Made by a program: the position numbers and the translations under genes. A stretch of DNA of 64,000 nucleotides from a bacterium (GTDB lineage: Bacteria; Patescibacteriota; Saccharimonadia; Saccharimonadales; JAUPVS01): NCBI GenBank assembly GCA_029780855.1, contig JAKOXV010000003.1, forward strand, positions 84,953 through 148,952, written 5' to 3'. Under the pieces are notes generated by a model. That model was not told where the DNA came from and ran no database searches. It saw nothing but the letters and a program-made list of their open reading frames with translations. The stretch's first letter is position 1, and each line of letters begins with the position of its first letter. This document shows, piece by piece, positions 18,433 to 28,849 of the stretch.

Positions 18433-19503
18433 TTAAGCAGCTCCGTTACCAGTTTTTTTTCTAGAAATAAGCGGCAGAACAAATATTTTCAGGAAGGCGC
18501 TCCAAATCCCTGCCCCATAAAAAGCAACAAACACCGGCGCTAGGATGAATAGGCTTAGAGCGTCCTTAAACTCTACACCACTTAATATACTGATTAATAA
18601 ACCTAAAACCCAAAAGATGCAACCAGCTAATACTGATGGAAAGATTAAGCTAGGGTAGATTGTCCAAAAAACTGGGATAGAAACTGTAGCTATCAGAAAT
18701 AAGACAATAAACCAAAAGAATTTATTACCATCACGTCTTAAAAAGCCATCAACAAAAACTTTGCCCCTATGATGGACATGCTTGGTGAACTGTCTAAGGG
18801 AGGTCCGAGCGTGATATAAACACCAATAGTCTGGACTTATATTTATGCTATTCGATTCAGCGATATGTCTGATTAGTAGTGTATCGTCATTGGATGTTTT
18901 AAGATCTTTAGTGTTGTCGACAAACCATTCGTTAGCTTCTTTCAGGATGGTTCTTGTTGCAATAAAGCACGTTGTTCCTTTGGGATAGTCATCGAAGCCT
19001 TGAATACCATATGATATATCTCTTGGATTTTTAAAATAATTGCGCCACGCGAGGAAAGCTACCGCCTCCCAGAACCTCGCGTAAATATTTCCTACTTTCT
19101 CAACCCTGACATGACTACACCATACTTGGCGGCTAGGGCCCTTTTGTTGTTGTTTTAGTACGTACTTTAATGCTTCCTTCCCGATAAATACTCTCGTATC
19201 TACAAATAGTAGTAGTTCGTATTTTGCATTTTCTGTACCTGTTTTGCGTGCAACAAATCGCCCGCTGTTTTTTTGAGTTACAAAATTAATAGGCAGGTCC
19301 GTGTCAGTTTTTAACTGCTCAATAACCTCGATAGTATTGTCTGTAGAACCATCATTTACAATAAGTACTTCATAGGCCTTAATTCCAGCCTCCTCAACAG
19401 CCTTCACCACTTTCGCAATTGTCTTTGGTAACCAGACGGCTCCATTGTAAGTTGGTATCACTACCGAAATGGACTTAGGCTGTTTTACTTGTTCTATTTT
19501 CAT
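18433..19503 (-). CDS. glycosyltransferase family 2 with a C-terminal membrane domain
   Basis: SVVIPTYNG ... VNDGSTDNT GT-A signature, followed by 3-4 C-terminal TM helices. Confidence 0.8.
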   Translation of the reverse strand: MKIEQVKQPKSISVVIPTYNGAVWLPKTIAKVVKAVEEAGIKAYEVLIVNDGSTDNTIEVIEQLKTDTDLPINFVTQKNSGRFVARKTGTENAKYELLLFVDTRVFIGKEALKYVLKQQQKGPSRQVWCSHVRVEKVGNIYARFWEAVAFLAWRNYFKNPRDISYGIQGFDDYPKGTTCFIATRTILKEANEWFVDNTKDLKTSNDDTLLIRHIAESNSINISPDYWCLYHARTSLRQFTKHVHHRGKVFVDGFLRRDGNKFFWFIVLFLIATVSIPVFWTIYPSLIFPSVLAGCIFWVLGLLISILSGVEFKDALSLFILAPVFVAFYGAGIWSAFLKIFVLPLISRKKTGNGAA

Positions 19504-19596
19504 ATTCCCCTAGTTGATTATAGATACCGTATTATACCGTAAAAATCGACGCTCTGGCCAGTTAGGCCTAACTATACTAAGATGGAATAGCTCAGT

Positions 19597-20862
19597 ATGA
19601 AAAAAGTAGAAAATTTTTACACACGGTCTTTCCTATTTGTTTTTTTGTCTTTGTTTGGAGCAGGCATTAATTACCTTATTTATCCATTCCTCTCTAGATC
19701 CTTTACCCTTAGTCAATTCGGAGACTACGTCACAATTATCGGAATATCGAACCAGGCAATGGGAATTTTGCTTGCATTTTCCGTTTTGTCTATTGCGCTT
19801 GTAAAACAGTATGGAGAAGAAGAAGCCAATGAAAAAACAAAGATAATCCAAAAAGTCCTTTTCTGGACTATCATGGTGCTCGCTGTTCTGGTGGTTGTAT
19901 TTTCTTCGTTTTTACAGAACCTATTAAATATTGAGCATGCAGCATCTTTCATTATTTTGGCCTTAATAATACTACTTGCTGTCCCGGCAAACGTTTGGAC
20001 GGGCTACTTACAGGGACACAAAGAACAGGTTAGAGTTGGTATTTTCACATTAACCAGTGCAACAATAAAGTTCATTGCCATTGCCGTAATGTCCCTTTCT
20101 TTTGGGGTAGTTGGCGGCCTATGGGGTTTTTGGCTGAGCTCTCTTATCGGCTTGTTTGTCCTATATTACCTACCAGGTAAAAAAATACCTAAGCTTGATT
20201 CATTATTTACACGACTAACAAAAACCGAAAGAAGTTATTTAAAGACTAACTTTATCTACATAGCACAGGCTATATTTGTCGTATCAAGTATAGTTTTTCT
20301 ACAGAATTACGATATTATTCGAGTTAAGGCAGTTTTTAATCCCTCTATAGCAGGGATATATGGCGGTATAAGTGTATTAAGTAATGCGTTGTATTTTATT
20401 GCATTTTTGTTAATTTGGATTCTCCTCCCCGAATTCAGTATACATAACCCTAAAAATAACCGTAGAGTACTTCGTACTGCATACCTTTTGATCATCATAC
20501 TAACGCTAGCAGTTGTTATAGGGGGACTTCTACTCGGCAATCGGCTTCTGCCTCTAGTTTTTGGCCATGATTTCGTAAACCAAAATAACACGCTTGTTGT
20601 CGCACTTTTATATCAAATCAGTCTGGTATCGGTTGCTCTATACTCTTTCTACTTACTTATTCTTCGTAGAATTCAAAGCGTAATACTTACAGGATCCGTA
20701 CTGTTCTCTTGCCTTGTTATTCCCATATTTTTCTCAACTACACCCTTCCGTATGATCTCTTCACTTCTTTTTTCTGTAGTTGCGGGTTCACTCCTTTTCA
20801 TTATGTTGTCCGGAAAGGAAATACTTTCAAAGAATCGCTCGAATACTAAGAGTGCTCATTAA
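19597..20862 (+). CDS. Wzx-type oligosaccharide/polysaccharide flippase (MOP superfamily)
   Basis: 421 aa with ~12 TM helices and an N-terminus typical of polysaccharide biosynthesis/flippase proteins. It sits inside a glycan locus. Confidence 0.7.
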   Translation: MKKVENFYTRSFLFVFLSLFGAGINYLIYPFLSRSFTLSQFGDYVTIIGISNQAMGILLAFSVLSIALVKQYGEEEANEKTKIIQKVLFWTIMVLAVLVVVFSSFLQNLLNIEHAASFIILALIILLAVPANVWTGYLQGHKEQVRVGIFTLTSATIKFIAIAVMSLSFGVVGGLWGFWLSSLIGLFVLYYLPGKKIPKLDSLFTRLTKTERSYLKTNFIYIAQAIFVVSSIVFLQNYDIIRVKAVFNPSIAGIYGGISVLSNALYFIAFLLIWILLPEFSIHNPKNNRRVLRTAYLLIIILTLAVVIGGLLLGNRLLPLVFGHDFVNQNNTLVVALLYQISLVSVALYSFYLLILRRIQSVILTGSVLFSCLVIPIFFSTTPFRMISSLLFSVVAGSLLFIMLSGKEILSKNRSNTKSAH

Positions 20863-22024
20863 TTACTTGCAACAACCCCCTCCCATGCTGCTCCCATGAA
20901 TAGTTGTTCTTAACTTTTTTCCAAGCATTAATCCCCAGAGATCGAGACAGGTTCTTGTCTTTGTTTAGTCTATTTAGATGACTGCATATAGTTTTTGTAT
21001 CTTTTTCTTTTGTATAATAACCATCCTCGCCATCTGCAAATAAACTACAGACTCCTTGCCCACGAGGTATTATAAAAGTCGTCCCCCTGCCCGCCGCTTC
21101 CATTGCTGGCATACCGAAACCCCTATCGTCATTTGTTTGTAGAAGAATTTGGGCTTCTGCATAGTATTTCGTTAGCTCATCTTCGCTTACTTCTCCAATT
21201 ATTTCAATCCGCTTCGTGAGTTTATTTTCCTTAAGAAGCTGTGTAAATTCCTTTCTATATTCAGGATCAACCCATTTTCCGACCATTTTTATTCTAATCC
21301 CCGGAACCTCTTTTACTATATCGAGTAAATACTCCGGATGCTTCCCACGTTTCCAAGCAGTGACGATTAGCACATAGTCTTTCTTCTTTAAAAGTTTTTT
21401 CAGAGGATGAACGGAAGGATATACGGTTGCAATCTTTTTCTTTGGATCGATTTGTCGGATAAACTCATTATGAGCATCACCACCTACCAAAACTTTATCC
21501 ATATTCCTTATAACGAAACTGTCCAAAACATATGCAATTTTTTTAAGCACCCACATCACGGGTGACAGAAAGTTTTTACTATAAACACGCTCAAGAATGT
21601 ACGATACTGGATCCCAAATAAATGCAGAAAAGGGAATTTTCCTTATTTTTTTCAAAGAAATCGCACTAAAGCAAGTGTACGTACCATGAACAATAAAATA
21701 ATCATATTCACTTTTCTTTACAACAAACGGCAACAGGAAGGGATATGTTATATGAAATGTTGAAAAAAAATTAAAAACAGGAAATGGTAGCGAAAAGCGC
21801 AATAATCTAGGTAGGCGGTCATCTAAATACACGATAGGTACGCCTTTTAATAAGTCCGGAAAGGCGTTTGGAACAACCGCTTTTCGTCTAAGAACTACGA
21901 GCACGGCGTCTTGGCCCATCGCTCTCAAAGCTTTAACTTCTTCTATGGCAATCTTCTCAACTCCGCCAACGTTTAAACGGTCAATTAGTACCCCTATCTT
22001 CGATTGTTTGTTTTTGTGTTTCAT
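20846..22024 (-). CDS. glycosyltransferase, GT-B fold (GT4-like)
   Basis: N-terminus GGVEKIAIEE and C-terminus DRGFGMPAMEAAGRGTTFI (EX7E-type region). Confidence 0.75.
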   Translation of the reverse strand: MKHKNKQSKIGVLIDRLNVGGVEKIAIEEVKALRAMGQDAVLVVLRRKAVVPNAFPDLLKGVPIVYLDDRLPRLLRFSLPFPVFNFFSTFHITYPFLLPFVVKKSEYDYFIVHGTYTCFSAISLKKIRKIPFSAFIWDPVSYILERVYSKNFLSPVMWVLKKIAYVLDSFVIRNMDKVLVGGDAHNEFIRQIDPKKKIATVYPSVHPLKKLLKKKDYVLIVTAWKRGKHPEYLLDIVKEVPGIRIKMVGKWVDPEYRKEFTQLLKENKLTKRIEIIGEVSEDELTKYYAEAQILLQTNDDRGFGMPAMEAAGRGTTFIIPRGQGVCSLFADGEDGYYTKEKDTKTICSHLNRLNKDKNLSRSLGINAWKKVKNNYSWEQHGRGLLQVINEHS

Positions 22025-23208
22025 TACTTTGTAAATATGGTGATGATTTGCTTTTTTTCTGCCTCTGTTAGTTCGGGATTATTGCCAAAATATAGGCCCT
22101 GTTCATGGATAATACTAGCATTTGACTGCTTGCCGTAGCCACGACTGTCATATTTTTTAAAGAAGGGTTGTTTTGTCATGTCTCCACCTACAATCGGTCG
22201 TAGTTCTATTTTACCATCACAAGCACTCACTAGTTCATCACGGATCTCTTTTGTTTTGCAAATTACTGGAAAAGCAAAATTTGAAACAACATCAATATGG
22301 TCATAGTAAATTGGGTAAAATCTATCATCTTGATCGTAAATACTTTTAGCAATTTGTTTAAAAGTATCTTGACGTATTTTTACAATTTCATCTAGGTATG
22401 GTATTTGCGTGTTGCCAATAAAGCCATTTATCTCTGTTGGCCTAAGGTTATACCCGAGATCATAGAAAGTATACCTTGAATAAAATGTACTATTTACTTT
22501 GTGTCGATCTCTAATCTTCTGTTGATGTTTCTCTGCTAAGTTTCTATCCCACCCATGAGCCCTTACGAGTCGTAGCATGTTTGCGACATCTTCATCGTCT
22601 GTGCAAATTGCTCCGCCCTCGATTGTTGACATATGATGACCTACATAGAACGAAAAGGTGCTGGCTAGACCAAAATTACCTAGTTTTGTTCCCTCGAAAA
22701 CAGTGCCGAGTGATTCACAATTGTCTTCTACGAGCAAAATTTTTTCTTTATCGCATACCTCTTTTATGGCATCTATGTCATCGCAAAATCCTAGCAAATT
22801 GGTTAGGAAAAGCATTTTTATTTCATGCCTTCTAAGAGTTTTTTTAAGCTGTCTGCTTGAAACGTTTAATGTATCGATCTCCACATCTATCGGTACTACG
22901 TGTAATCCTAGCTCAATCAACGGCATCACATTCGTTGACCATGTAAGGGTAGAGATGCCGACTTTATCGCCTTTTTCAAGCATCCCAAGATTTAATAAAA
23001 CTTGAACAATAGCCAGATTTGCAGAGCTACCACTATTTACAAACACACAGTGTTTTCTACCCTGCCACTCTGCGAAGTTTTCTTCAAATTTCTGGCACTC
23101 GGGACCAAAACTTAACATTTCTGCGCCATTGATGAATGAGACCAATTTGTTTTTGGTCTCTTCCTCGTGATAAAACGTCGATTTGATTAATTTAATCATT
23201 TTTCGCAT
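22024..23208 (-). CDS. ColD-like PLP-dependent GDP-4-keto-6-deoxy-D-mannose 3-dehydratase (DegT/DnrJ/EryC1 family)
   Basis: LVEDNCESLG...FSFYVGHHMSTIEGGAICTDDED...RAHGWDRNL closely parallels my recollection of E. coli ColD (LLEDNCESMG...SFYSHHIATMEGGCIVTDDEE...RAHGWTRNL). His replaces the usual Schiff-base Lys. Confidence 0.65.
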   Translation of the reverse strand: MRKMIKLIKSTFYHEEETKNKLVSFINGAEMLSFGPECQKFEENFAEWQGRKHCVFVNSGSSANLAIVQVLLNLGMLEKGDKVGISTLTWSTNVMPLIELGLHVVPIDVEIDTLNVSSRQLKKTLRRHEIKMLFLTNLLGFCDDIDAIKEVCDKEKILLVEDNCESLGTVFEGTKLGNFGLASTFSFYVGHHMSTIEGGAICTDDEDVANMLRLVRAHGWDRNLAEKHQQKIRDRHKVNSTFYSRYTFYDLGYNLRPTEINGFIGNTQIPYLDEIVKIRQDTFKQIAKSIYDQDDRFYPIYYDHIDVVSNFAFPVICKTKEIRDELVSACDGKIELRPIVGGDMTKQPFFKKYDSRGYGKQSNASIIHEQGLYFGNNPELTEAEKKQIITIFTK

Positions 23209-23310
23209 TATATAGGACGTCTCAGCAAATTCATACCATAGTTGTAAAAATGAAAATACATTCTCATGAAAAACATCAGGTTTACGCTATAATGAGAGAA
23301 GATACTCCAT

Positions 23311-24246
23311 ATGAAGCAAGAACTTATCAGCATAGTTATACCAGTCTACAACGAGGAATCAAATATAGCCTGGTTCTATAGTGAACTAAAAACTCAACTC
23401 ATAAAAAAATCCAGCCATAATATTGAAATAATCTATGTTGATGACGGAAGTACCGACAGATCTCTAGATATCATCAAAGACCTTGCTAAACATTCTGATA
23501 CCGTTCGTTATGTTGTACTCTCCAGAAATTTCGGCAAAGAAGCTGCAACGTCTGCCGGTTTAGCTTATGCTTCCGGCGATGCCGTAGTTATTATGGACGC
23601 AGATGGCCAACACCCTATCGAGTTAGTCGGAGAGTTTATTAAGCTATGGCATGAAGGATTTGAGGTGATTGTTGGAGTGCGTTCTGGTAATATTGGCGAA
23701 GGATTCGTCAAGCGCTATGGATCGGTTCTTTTCTATAGGCTCCTGAGAATTATTGGAGGGAAATCTGTAACTCCAGGCACTACTGACTTTAGACTAATTG
23801 ACCGAAAGGTTGTCGATCAGTTCATCAAACTTACGGAACGGAATCGTGTCACTAGAGATCTTATTGACTGGCTCGGGTACAGGAGAGCAGAGATTCCATT
23901 TGAGGCAAATGCTCGGCATGCCGGTAACGCAACTTATTCAACAAGAAAGTTGTTTAGTCTCGCAATAAACGGGATCGTTTCACATTCAACGCGTCCGCTA
24001 AAAATAATCGCGCTCATAGGTTCGATCATCTCCGTGCTTTCAGGGTTTTTGGCAACTCTGTTTTTAATTCAAAGATACTTCCTAGGAGATCCACTCAACA
24101 TCACGGGGAGCGCTTTGTTGGCGCTTTTCGTAACTTTTTTGGTAGGCATAGTTCTTGTTTGTCAGGGTTTGTTGGCACTCTATCTTGAAAGCGTATACTA
24201 CGAGGCGCAGAATCGGCCTTTGTACGTAGTCAGGGAAAGTAAGTAA
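23311..24246 (+). CDS. polyprenol-phosphate glycosyltransferase (GT2, GtrB/ArnC/DPM1-like)
   Basis: SIVIPVYNEE, VDDGSTDRS and DADGQHP motifs plus two C-terminal TM helices, the canonical architecture for this family. Confidence 0.82.
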   Translation: MKQELISIVIPVYNEESNIAWFYSELKTQLIKKSSHNIEIIYVDDGSTDRSLDIIKDLAKHSDTVRYVVLSRNFGKEAATSAGLAYASGDAVVIMDADGQHPIELVGEFIKLWHEGFEVIVGVRSGNIGEGFVKRYGSVLFYRLLRIIGGKSVTPGTTDFRLIDRKVVDQFIKLTERNRVTRDLIDWLGYRRAEIPFEANARHAGNATYSTRKLFSLAINGIVSHSTRPLKIIALIGSIISVLSGFLATLFLIQRYFLGDPLNITGSALLALFVTFLVGIVLVCQGLLALYLESVYYEAQNRPLYVVRESK

Positions 24247-25353
24247 GTGCATGTTCTTTGGTTTTCGTGGAAGGATATTAAGCACCCGCTATCAGGCGGT
24301 GCAGAGACAGTATCACACCAACTTATGACACGCCTTGTGCAGGATGGGCATGAGGTAACACTCATAACTTCTCTCTACCCTGGTGCTAAGCAATTCGAAA
24401 CACTTGACGGCATACAAATATACCGAACCGGTGGCAGAACGTCGGTTTATATTAAAGCTTGGAGGTTATTTCGCAATCAATTAAAAGATTGGCCGGATTT
24501 AGTCGTTGACGAAATGAATACAGTACCATTCGCGAGCGCCTTCTATACAAAAAAACGCTCCATCCTACTAACTTACCAACTAGCCCGAGAGGTATGGTTC
24601 TATCAAATGTTTTTCCCGCTATCTTTATTGGGCTATCTTTTGGAGCCCATTTACCTGTATATCCTCTCTAAAACCTACAAAACTATCATTACTGAATCGG
24701 AGAGTACGCGCCAAGATCTACAAAGGTATGGATTCTCGAATGATAATATTCATGTAGTCCGTGTAGGGATCAAGACTAAACCGATCCCAAAATTAAAGCC
24801 AAAAAAATTGACGAATACAATTCTAGTTTTGGGCTCAATACGGCCAATGAAGCAAACACTTGATGCCGTCAAAGCATTTGAGTACGCTAGAGATTTAAAC
24901 CCTAAACTTCGGTTGGTTATAGCCGGGGATGACAACGGAAGATATGCTAGTAAAGTTAAGGACTATGCAACTCTTTCCAGACACGGGTCGGCTATATCAA
25001 TATTAGGAAGGGTATCTGGTAAAAAACGAGAAAGCCTCATGCGTGAATCATCCATGATTCTCGTCACTTCAGTCAAGGAAGGATGGGGCTTGATAGTAAC
25101 CGAAGCTAACAGCCAAGGAACAGTTGCTATTGCTTACGACAGTGATGGACTAAGGGACAGCGTGATTAACGGAAAGACTGGTGTACTTGTGCAACCGGGC
25201 GACACTAAAGCTATGGGAAACGAGATCAATCAACTATTTAAAGATGCTAAAACGGCTGAGAATTTTCGCATAAATGCGTTTGAATACTCTAAAAGATTCA
25301 CATTTGAAAAATCATACGATGACTTCAAGCAAGCATTGGGTATTACGAAGTAA
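24247..25353 (+). CDS. glycosyltransferase, GT-B fold (GT4-like)
   Basis: GTG start abutting the upstream stop. It has GGAETV at the N-terminus and EGWGLIVTEANSQGTVAIA at the C-terminus. Confidence 0.75.
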   Translation: MHVLWFSWKDIKHPLSGGAETVSHQLMTRLVQDGHEVTLITSLYPGAKQFETLDGIQIYRTGGRTSVYIKAWRLFRNQLKDWPDLVVDEMNTVPFASAFYTKKRSILLTYQLAREVWFYQMFFPLSLLGYLLEPIYLYILSKTYKTIITESESTRQDLQRYGFSNDNIHVVRVGIKTKPIPKLKPKKLTNTILVLGSIRPMKQTLDAVKAFEYARDLNPKLRLVIAGDDNGRYASKVKDYATLSRHGSAISILGRVSGKKRESLMRESSMILVTSVKEGWGLIVTEANSQGTVAIAYDSDGLRDSVINGKTGVLVQPGDTKAMGNEINQLFKDAKTAENFRINAFEYSKRFTFEKSYDDFKQALGITK

Positions 25354-25422
25354 AACCGTGGTGTTTTTAACTTAAAAGGGGTGGTTACTTTAAGGTAAGC
25401 TATCGTTTATAATGGATACCTA

Positions 25423-26589
25423 ATGGGAAAGAAAAAAACAGTCAAAGTTTTTGTTGACGGCGAAGTTTTAGTTATCAAGCACTTTAGCGGCATAGGGCAC
25501 TACACCGCCGAACTATTAAAAGCGGTTGACCGTTTACTTTTTGAAGATGAATATTCTCATTTCCGTTTTGAGATTGGCGTCCCAAGAAGTGACGCGCACA
25601 GAATACATCGTTTTTCGTTTGATAACTTTTCTTTCCGAAAAATGCCTTTTTCACCGCACGTTGCAAACGGGCTGAAGCAAAGAAAGCGTTTACCTCCAAT
25701 CGACCTTCTTTATGGTAAAAGAGTTTATTTGTTCCCAAACTATAGCTCATGGCCTACATACTTTTCTCCCTCCATACCGGTCATATATGACTTATCTTTT
25801 ATTCATCATTCAGAGTTTGTGGAACCAAAAAACCAAGAGTTTTTAGTTGAGCAAGTTGGACTGTCTGTTAAAAGAAGCAAAAAAATCATAACTATTTCTC
25901 ATAATAGTAAAAATGAAATCATCAAAGAGTTTACTCTCAAAGACAGTGATGTAGAAATCGCTTTCCCCGCTGTTGATATGCACAATTTCTACCGAAGCTC
26001 CGATCATACCATTGCGCATACTAAGGCAAAGTATGGAGTGTTTGGTGACTATGTCCTTTTTGTGGGCAATATTGAGCCAAGAAAGAATCTTATTTCTCTG
26101 CTAGAAGCATATGATCAGTTACCAAAAGATGTCCAAAATAAGTACGGCCTACTTCTCGTAGGTGCAAAGGGATGGCTTGATGATGAAATCCATAGAAGAA
26201 TAATTAGCATGAGAATGCGTGGATTGCGTGTTATGCAACCAACGGATTATGTTGAAGATGATGACTTACCGGCATTATATAGTGGCGCATCGGTTTTTGC
26301 TTATGTAAGCCGATATGAGGGCTTCGGGATCCCACCAATAGAAGCAATGGCTTGCGGGACTCCTGTTTTGAGTAGCGACAACTCCTCTTTGCCGGAAGCT
26401 GTTGGCGATGCGGCTTCACTTGTAGATGCGACCGATATTAAAAGCATGTCAAAACAACTTGCAAAACTACTAACCAACAACAAGCTGCGTCAGGAGTTGG
26501 TCAAGAATGGGTACGAACAAATCATGAAATTTGACTGGGAAGAAAGCGCCAAAGTTCTTCTGAAGACACTCGAGGAGGCGGCGGCGTGA
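25423..26589 (+). CDS. glycosyltransferase, GT-B fold (GT4-like)
   Basis: VGNIEPRKN and YEGFGIPPIEAMACGTPVLSS motifs. Confidence 0.8.
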   Translation: MGKKKTVKVFVDGEVLVIKHFSGIGHYTAELLKAVDRLLFEDEYSHFRFEIGVPRSDAHRIHRFSFDNFSFRKMPFSPHVANGLKQRKRLPPIDLLYGKRVYLFPNYSSWPTYFSPSIPVIYDLSFIHHSEFVEPKNQEFLVEQVGLSVKRSKKIITISHNSKNEIIKEFTLKDSDVEIAFPAVDMHNFYRSSDHTIAHTKAKYGVFGDYVLFVGNIEPRKNLISLLEAYDQLPKDVQNKYGLLLVGAKGWLDDEIHRRIISMRMRGLRVMQPTDYVEDDDLPALYSGASVFAYVSRYEGFGIPPIEAMACGTPVLSSDNSSLPEAVGDAASLVDATDIKSMSKQLAKLLTNNKLRQELVKNGYEQIMKFDWEESAKVLLKTLEEAAA

Positions 26590-27824
26590 AGATTGCATTT
26601 GATTTACGTCCTCTCCAAATCGGACATCAAAACCGAGGGATTGGAGCCTATATACTGAACATTTTGGAGAGGATGCCAAAGAATGACGGCCTTACATATA
26701 TTTTTCTTCGCTATGATTCATCCAATCCTATCGACAAGTATAACTTAGGTGGAGAACTAAATTATATTGATGTTGTCATCAAAAAACGCAGTTTTAGTAA
26801 GAACCCCATCAAACTGTTGCTATATGTATATAGCAATCTTGTTCCCGCATTCAATAAACTAAAGCGTCACAAGCCAGATGTATTCGTGCAATGTGATTAT
26901 TTACTGGGTGCTCCAAAAAATTTACGCACCAAAATTATTACTATTTCATATGATCTGATTCCTTATGTGCTTCGAGGCTACTATCTGCCCTCTTGGAGGA
27001 AATATGTTGGTTTTAGACACTTAAGAATTCGCTCGAGAGTTCGACTAATACTACATGCTTGGTTTTATGAGCAGAAATATCGTAACGGTATTCGATTACT
27101 GAAAAGATCAAAGAGAGTAATTAGTATATCCAAAAGCACCACTAGCGACTTAGTACGTCTGGGTAGAGTTCCAGAAAACAAAATAAGCACCATATATCCG
27201 GCCGCCTCTTTTAGGAAAAACAAGCAAGATGTGATTATTCGAGACGAAATTAAAGAATTGGTAAAAAATCTGAAAGGACCAACCATCCTTTACGTAGGTG
27301 CGACCGATAGACGGCGCCAGGTAAAGGAGCTTATTTTTGCCTACAATCTTTATAACGCTCGCGAAGGGGCTATTAATCTTTTACTTGGCGGTAAAGAATT
27401 CAGTACTGATAGTAAGTCTTTGGATCCCAAAGTAAAACAAGAAATCCTGAGCAGTTCCTACAGCGATACGATACATATGCTTGGCAAGATCACCGAAGCA
27501 GAAAAGAAATACTTACTAGAGAACTCTTCTGTATTCGTTTACCCGACCCTATATGAAGGTTTTGGACTTCCTGTGTTAGAGGCAATGGAGGCGGGTTGTC
27601 CAGTTATAACGTATCGGAATTCTTCGCTACCAGAGATAGCAGATGGGGCTGTGCTGTTTACGGAGGAGTATGGTGGCTACGAGATCTATATTTCCTTGTG
27701 CAGAATACTACAGGATGATAAGCTCGCTTCACGACTCGTCAAAGAAGGCAAAGCCAAGGCTAAACTTTTCAATTGGGAGAATTCAGCAAATCAGTTCTGG
27801 GAAGAAATTATGAACTGTAAGTAA
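26586..27824 (+). CDS. glycosyltransferase, GT-B fold (GT4-like)
   Basis: GTGA start/stop overlap with the upstream gene. YEGFGLPVLEAMEAGCPVIT motif. Confidence 0.75.
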   Translation: MKIAFDLRPLQIGHQNRGIGAYILNILERMPKNDGLTYIFLRYDSSNPIDKYNLGGELNYIDVVIKKRSFSKNPIKLLLYVYSNLVPAFNKLKRHKPDVFVQCDYLLGAPKNLRTKIITISYDLIPYVLRGYYLPSWRKYVGFRHLRIRSRVRLILHAWFYEQKYRNGIRLLKRSKRVISISKSTTSDLVRLGRVPENKISTIYPAASFRKNKQDVIIRDEIKELVKNLKGPTILYVGATDRRRQVKELIFAYNLYNAREGAINLLLGGKEFSTDSKSLDPKVKQEILSSSYSDTIHMLGKITEAEKKYLLENSSVFVYPTLYEGFGLPVLEAMEAGCPVITYRNSSLPEIADGAVLFTEEYGGYEIYISLCRILQDDKLASRLVKEGKAKAKLFNWENSANQFWEEIMNCK

Positions 27825-27870
27825 GAACAAAAGTGTTCGAATTAACCAGAAAAGCCTATAATTATCATTT

Positions 27871-28845
27871 ATGAGACATTCTTTTAAACAACTTATCCTC
27901 AAAATACCTTTGTTAAGTACCGTCGCAATAATATCCAAACGAGTCATTAAATTACCGTCAGATTATTCTAGTAACCAGATGCGGTTAGATAATATAAATA
28001 ACCAGGTCACAATTATCCAGCAGCTTGTTGATGCTAATAGTGCTCAAGTTGAAAAATTAGTCAGCAAATACGACAGGAGACAAATGGTTTTAGATAACAT
28101 ACAGAAACAACTTTCTCTCCTACAACAAAGCCTAGAATCTGGTGTCACGAAACACCAAAAAAAAATTAATAAAAAAGAACTGTTTGCCGATGATCACTCA
28201 TTAGATGTTTTCTACACAAATTTTGAAGACAAGTTCCGGGGTAGCGAAGACCTCATAGAAGAACGGCTAAAAGAATATCTTCCGTATTTCACACAGAGTT
28301 CCATAGATTTTAAGAAACATCCAGTTCTTGATATTGGAAGTGGACGAGGAGAGCTACTTAAGACACTCAAAGATGCAAAAATAAATGCAATCGGTCTTGA
28401 TATTAATAGCGATATGGTCGAGAGGGCTAATGCTATGGGGCTAAAAACTAAACAGGGCGATGCATCCGAGTTCTTGCAGAATACCGCCTCACAAACTTAC
28501 GGGGCTATTACTGGTTTTCATATAGCCGAACACTTGCCCTTTCCCGTTTTGTACAGAACCCTTGCGGAAATTCACCGAGTTTTAGTTCCAGGAGGATTTG
28601 TTATATTTGAAACACCTAATCCTGAAAATGTTTTTGTTGGTACTCATAACTTCTACATGGACCCTTCACACCTTCATCCCCTACCACCAGCACTCATGGA
28701 GTTCACTCTTGAGACGTGTGGTTATAATTCCATAGAAATCAAACGCATACACCCAGACAAAACCCCTAAGGAGAACTCTTTACCAGCAGACCTTAGCAAT
28801 CGATTTTATGGCCCAAGAGACTATGCAGTTGTTGGCTACAAGTAA
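27871..28845 (+). CDS. class I SAM-dependent methyltransferase with an N-terminal coiled coil (possible glycan chain-terminating methyltransferase)
   Basis: Heptad-rich aa ~35-95. FYTNFEDKFRGSEDLIEERLKEYLPYF is followed by the LDIGSGRGE SAM-binding motif. It is adjacent to wzt/wzm. Confidence 0.75.
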   Translation: MRHSFKQLILKIPLLSTVAIISKRVIKLPSDYSSNQMRLDNINNQVTIIQQLVDANSAQVEKLVSKYDRRQMVLDNIQKQLSLLQQSLESGVTKHQKKINKKELFADDHSLDVFYTNFEDKFRGSEDLIEERLKEYLPYFTQSSIDFKKHPVLDIGSGRGELLKTLKDAKINAIGLDINSDMVERANAMGLKTKQGDASEFLQNTASQTYGAITGFHIAEHLPFPVLYRTLAEIHRVLVPGGFVIFETPNPENVFVGTHNFYMDPSHLHPLPPALMEFTLETCGYNSIEIKRIHPDKTPKENSLPADLSNRFYGPRDYAVVGYK

Positions 28846-28849
28846 TGTA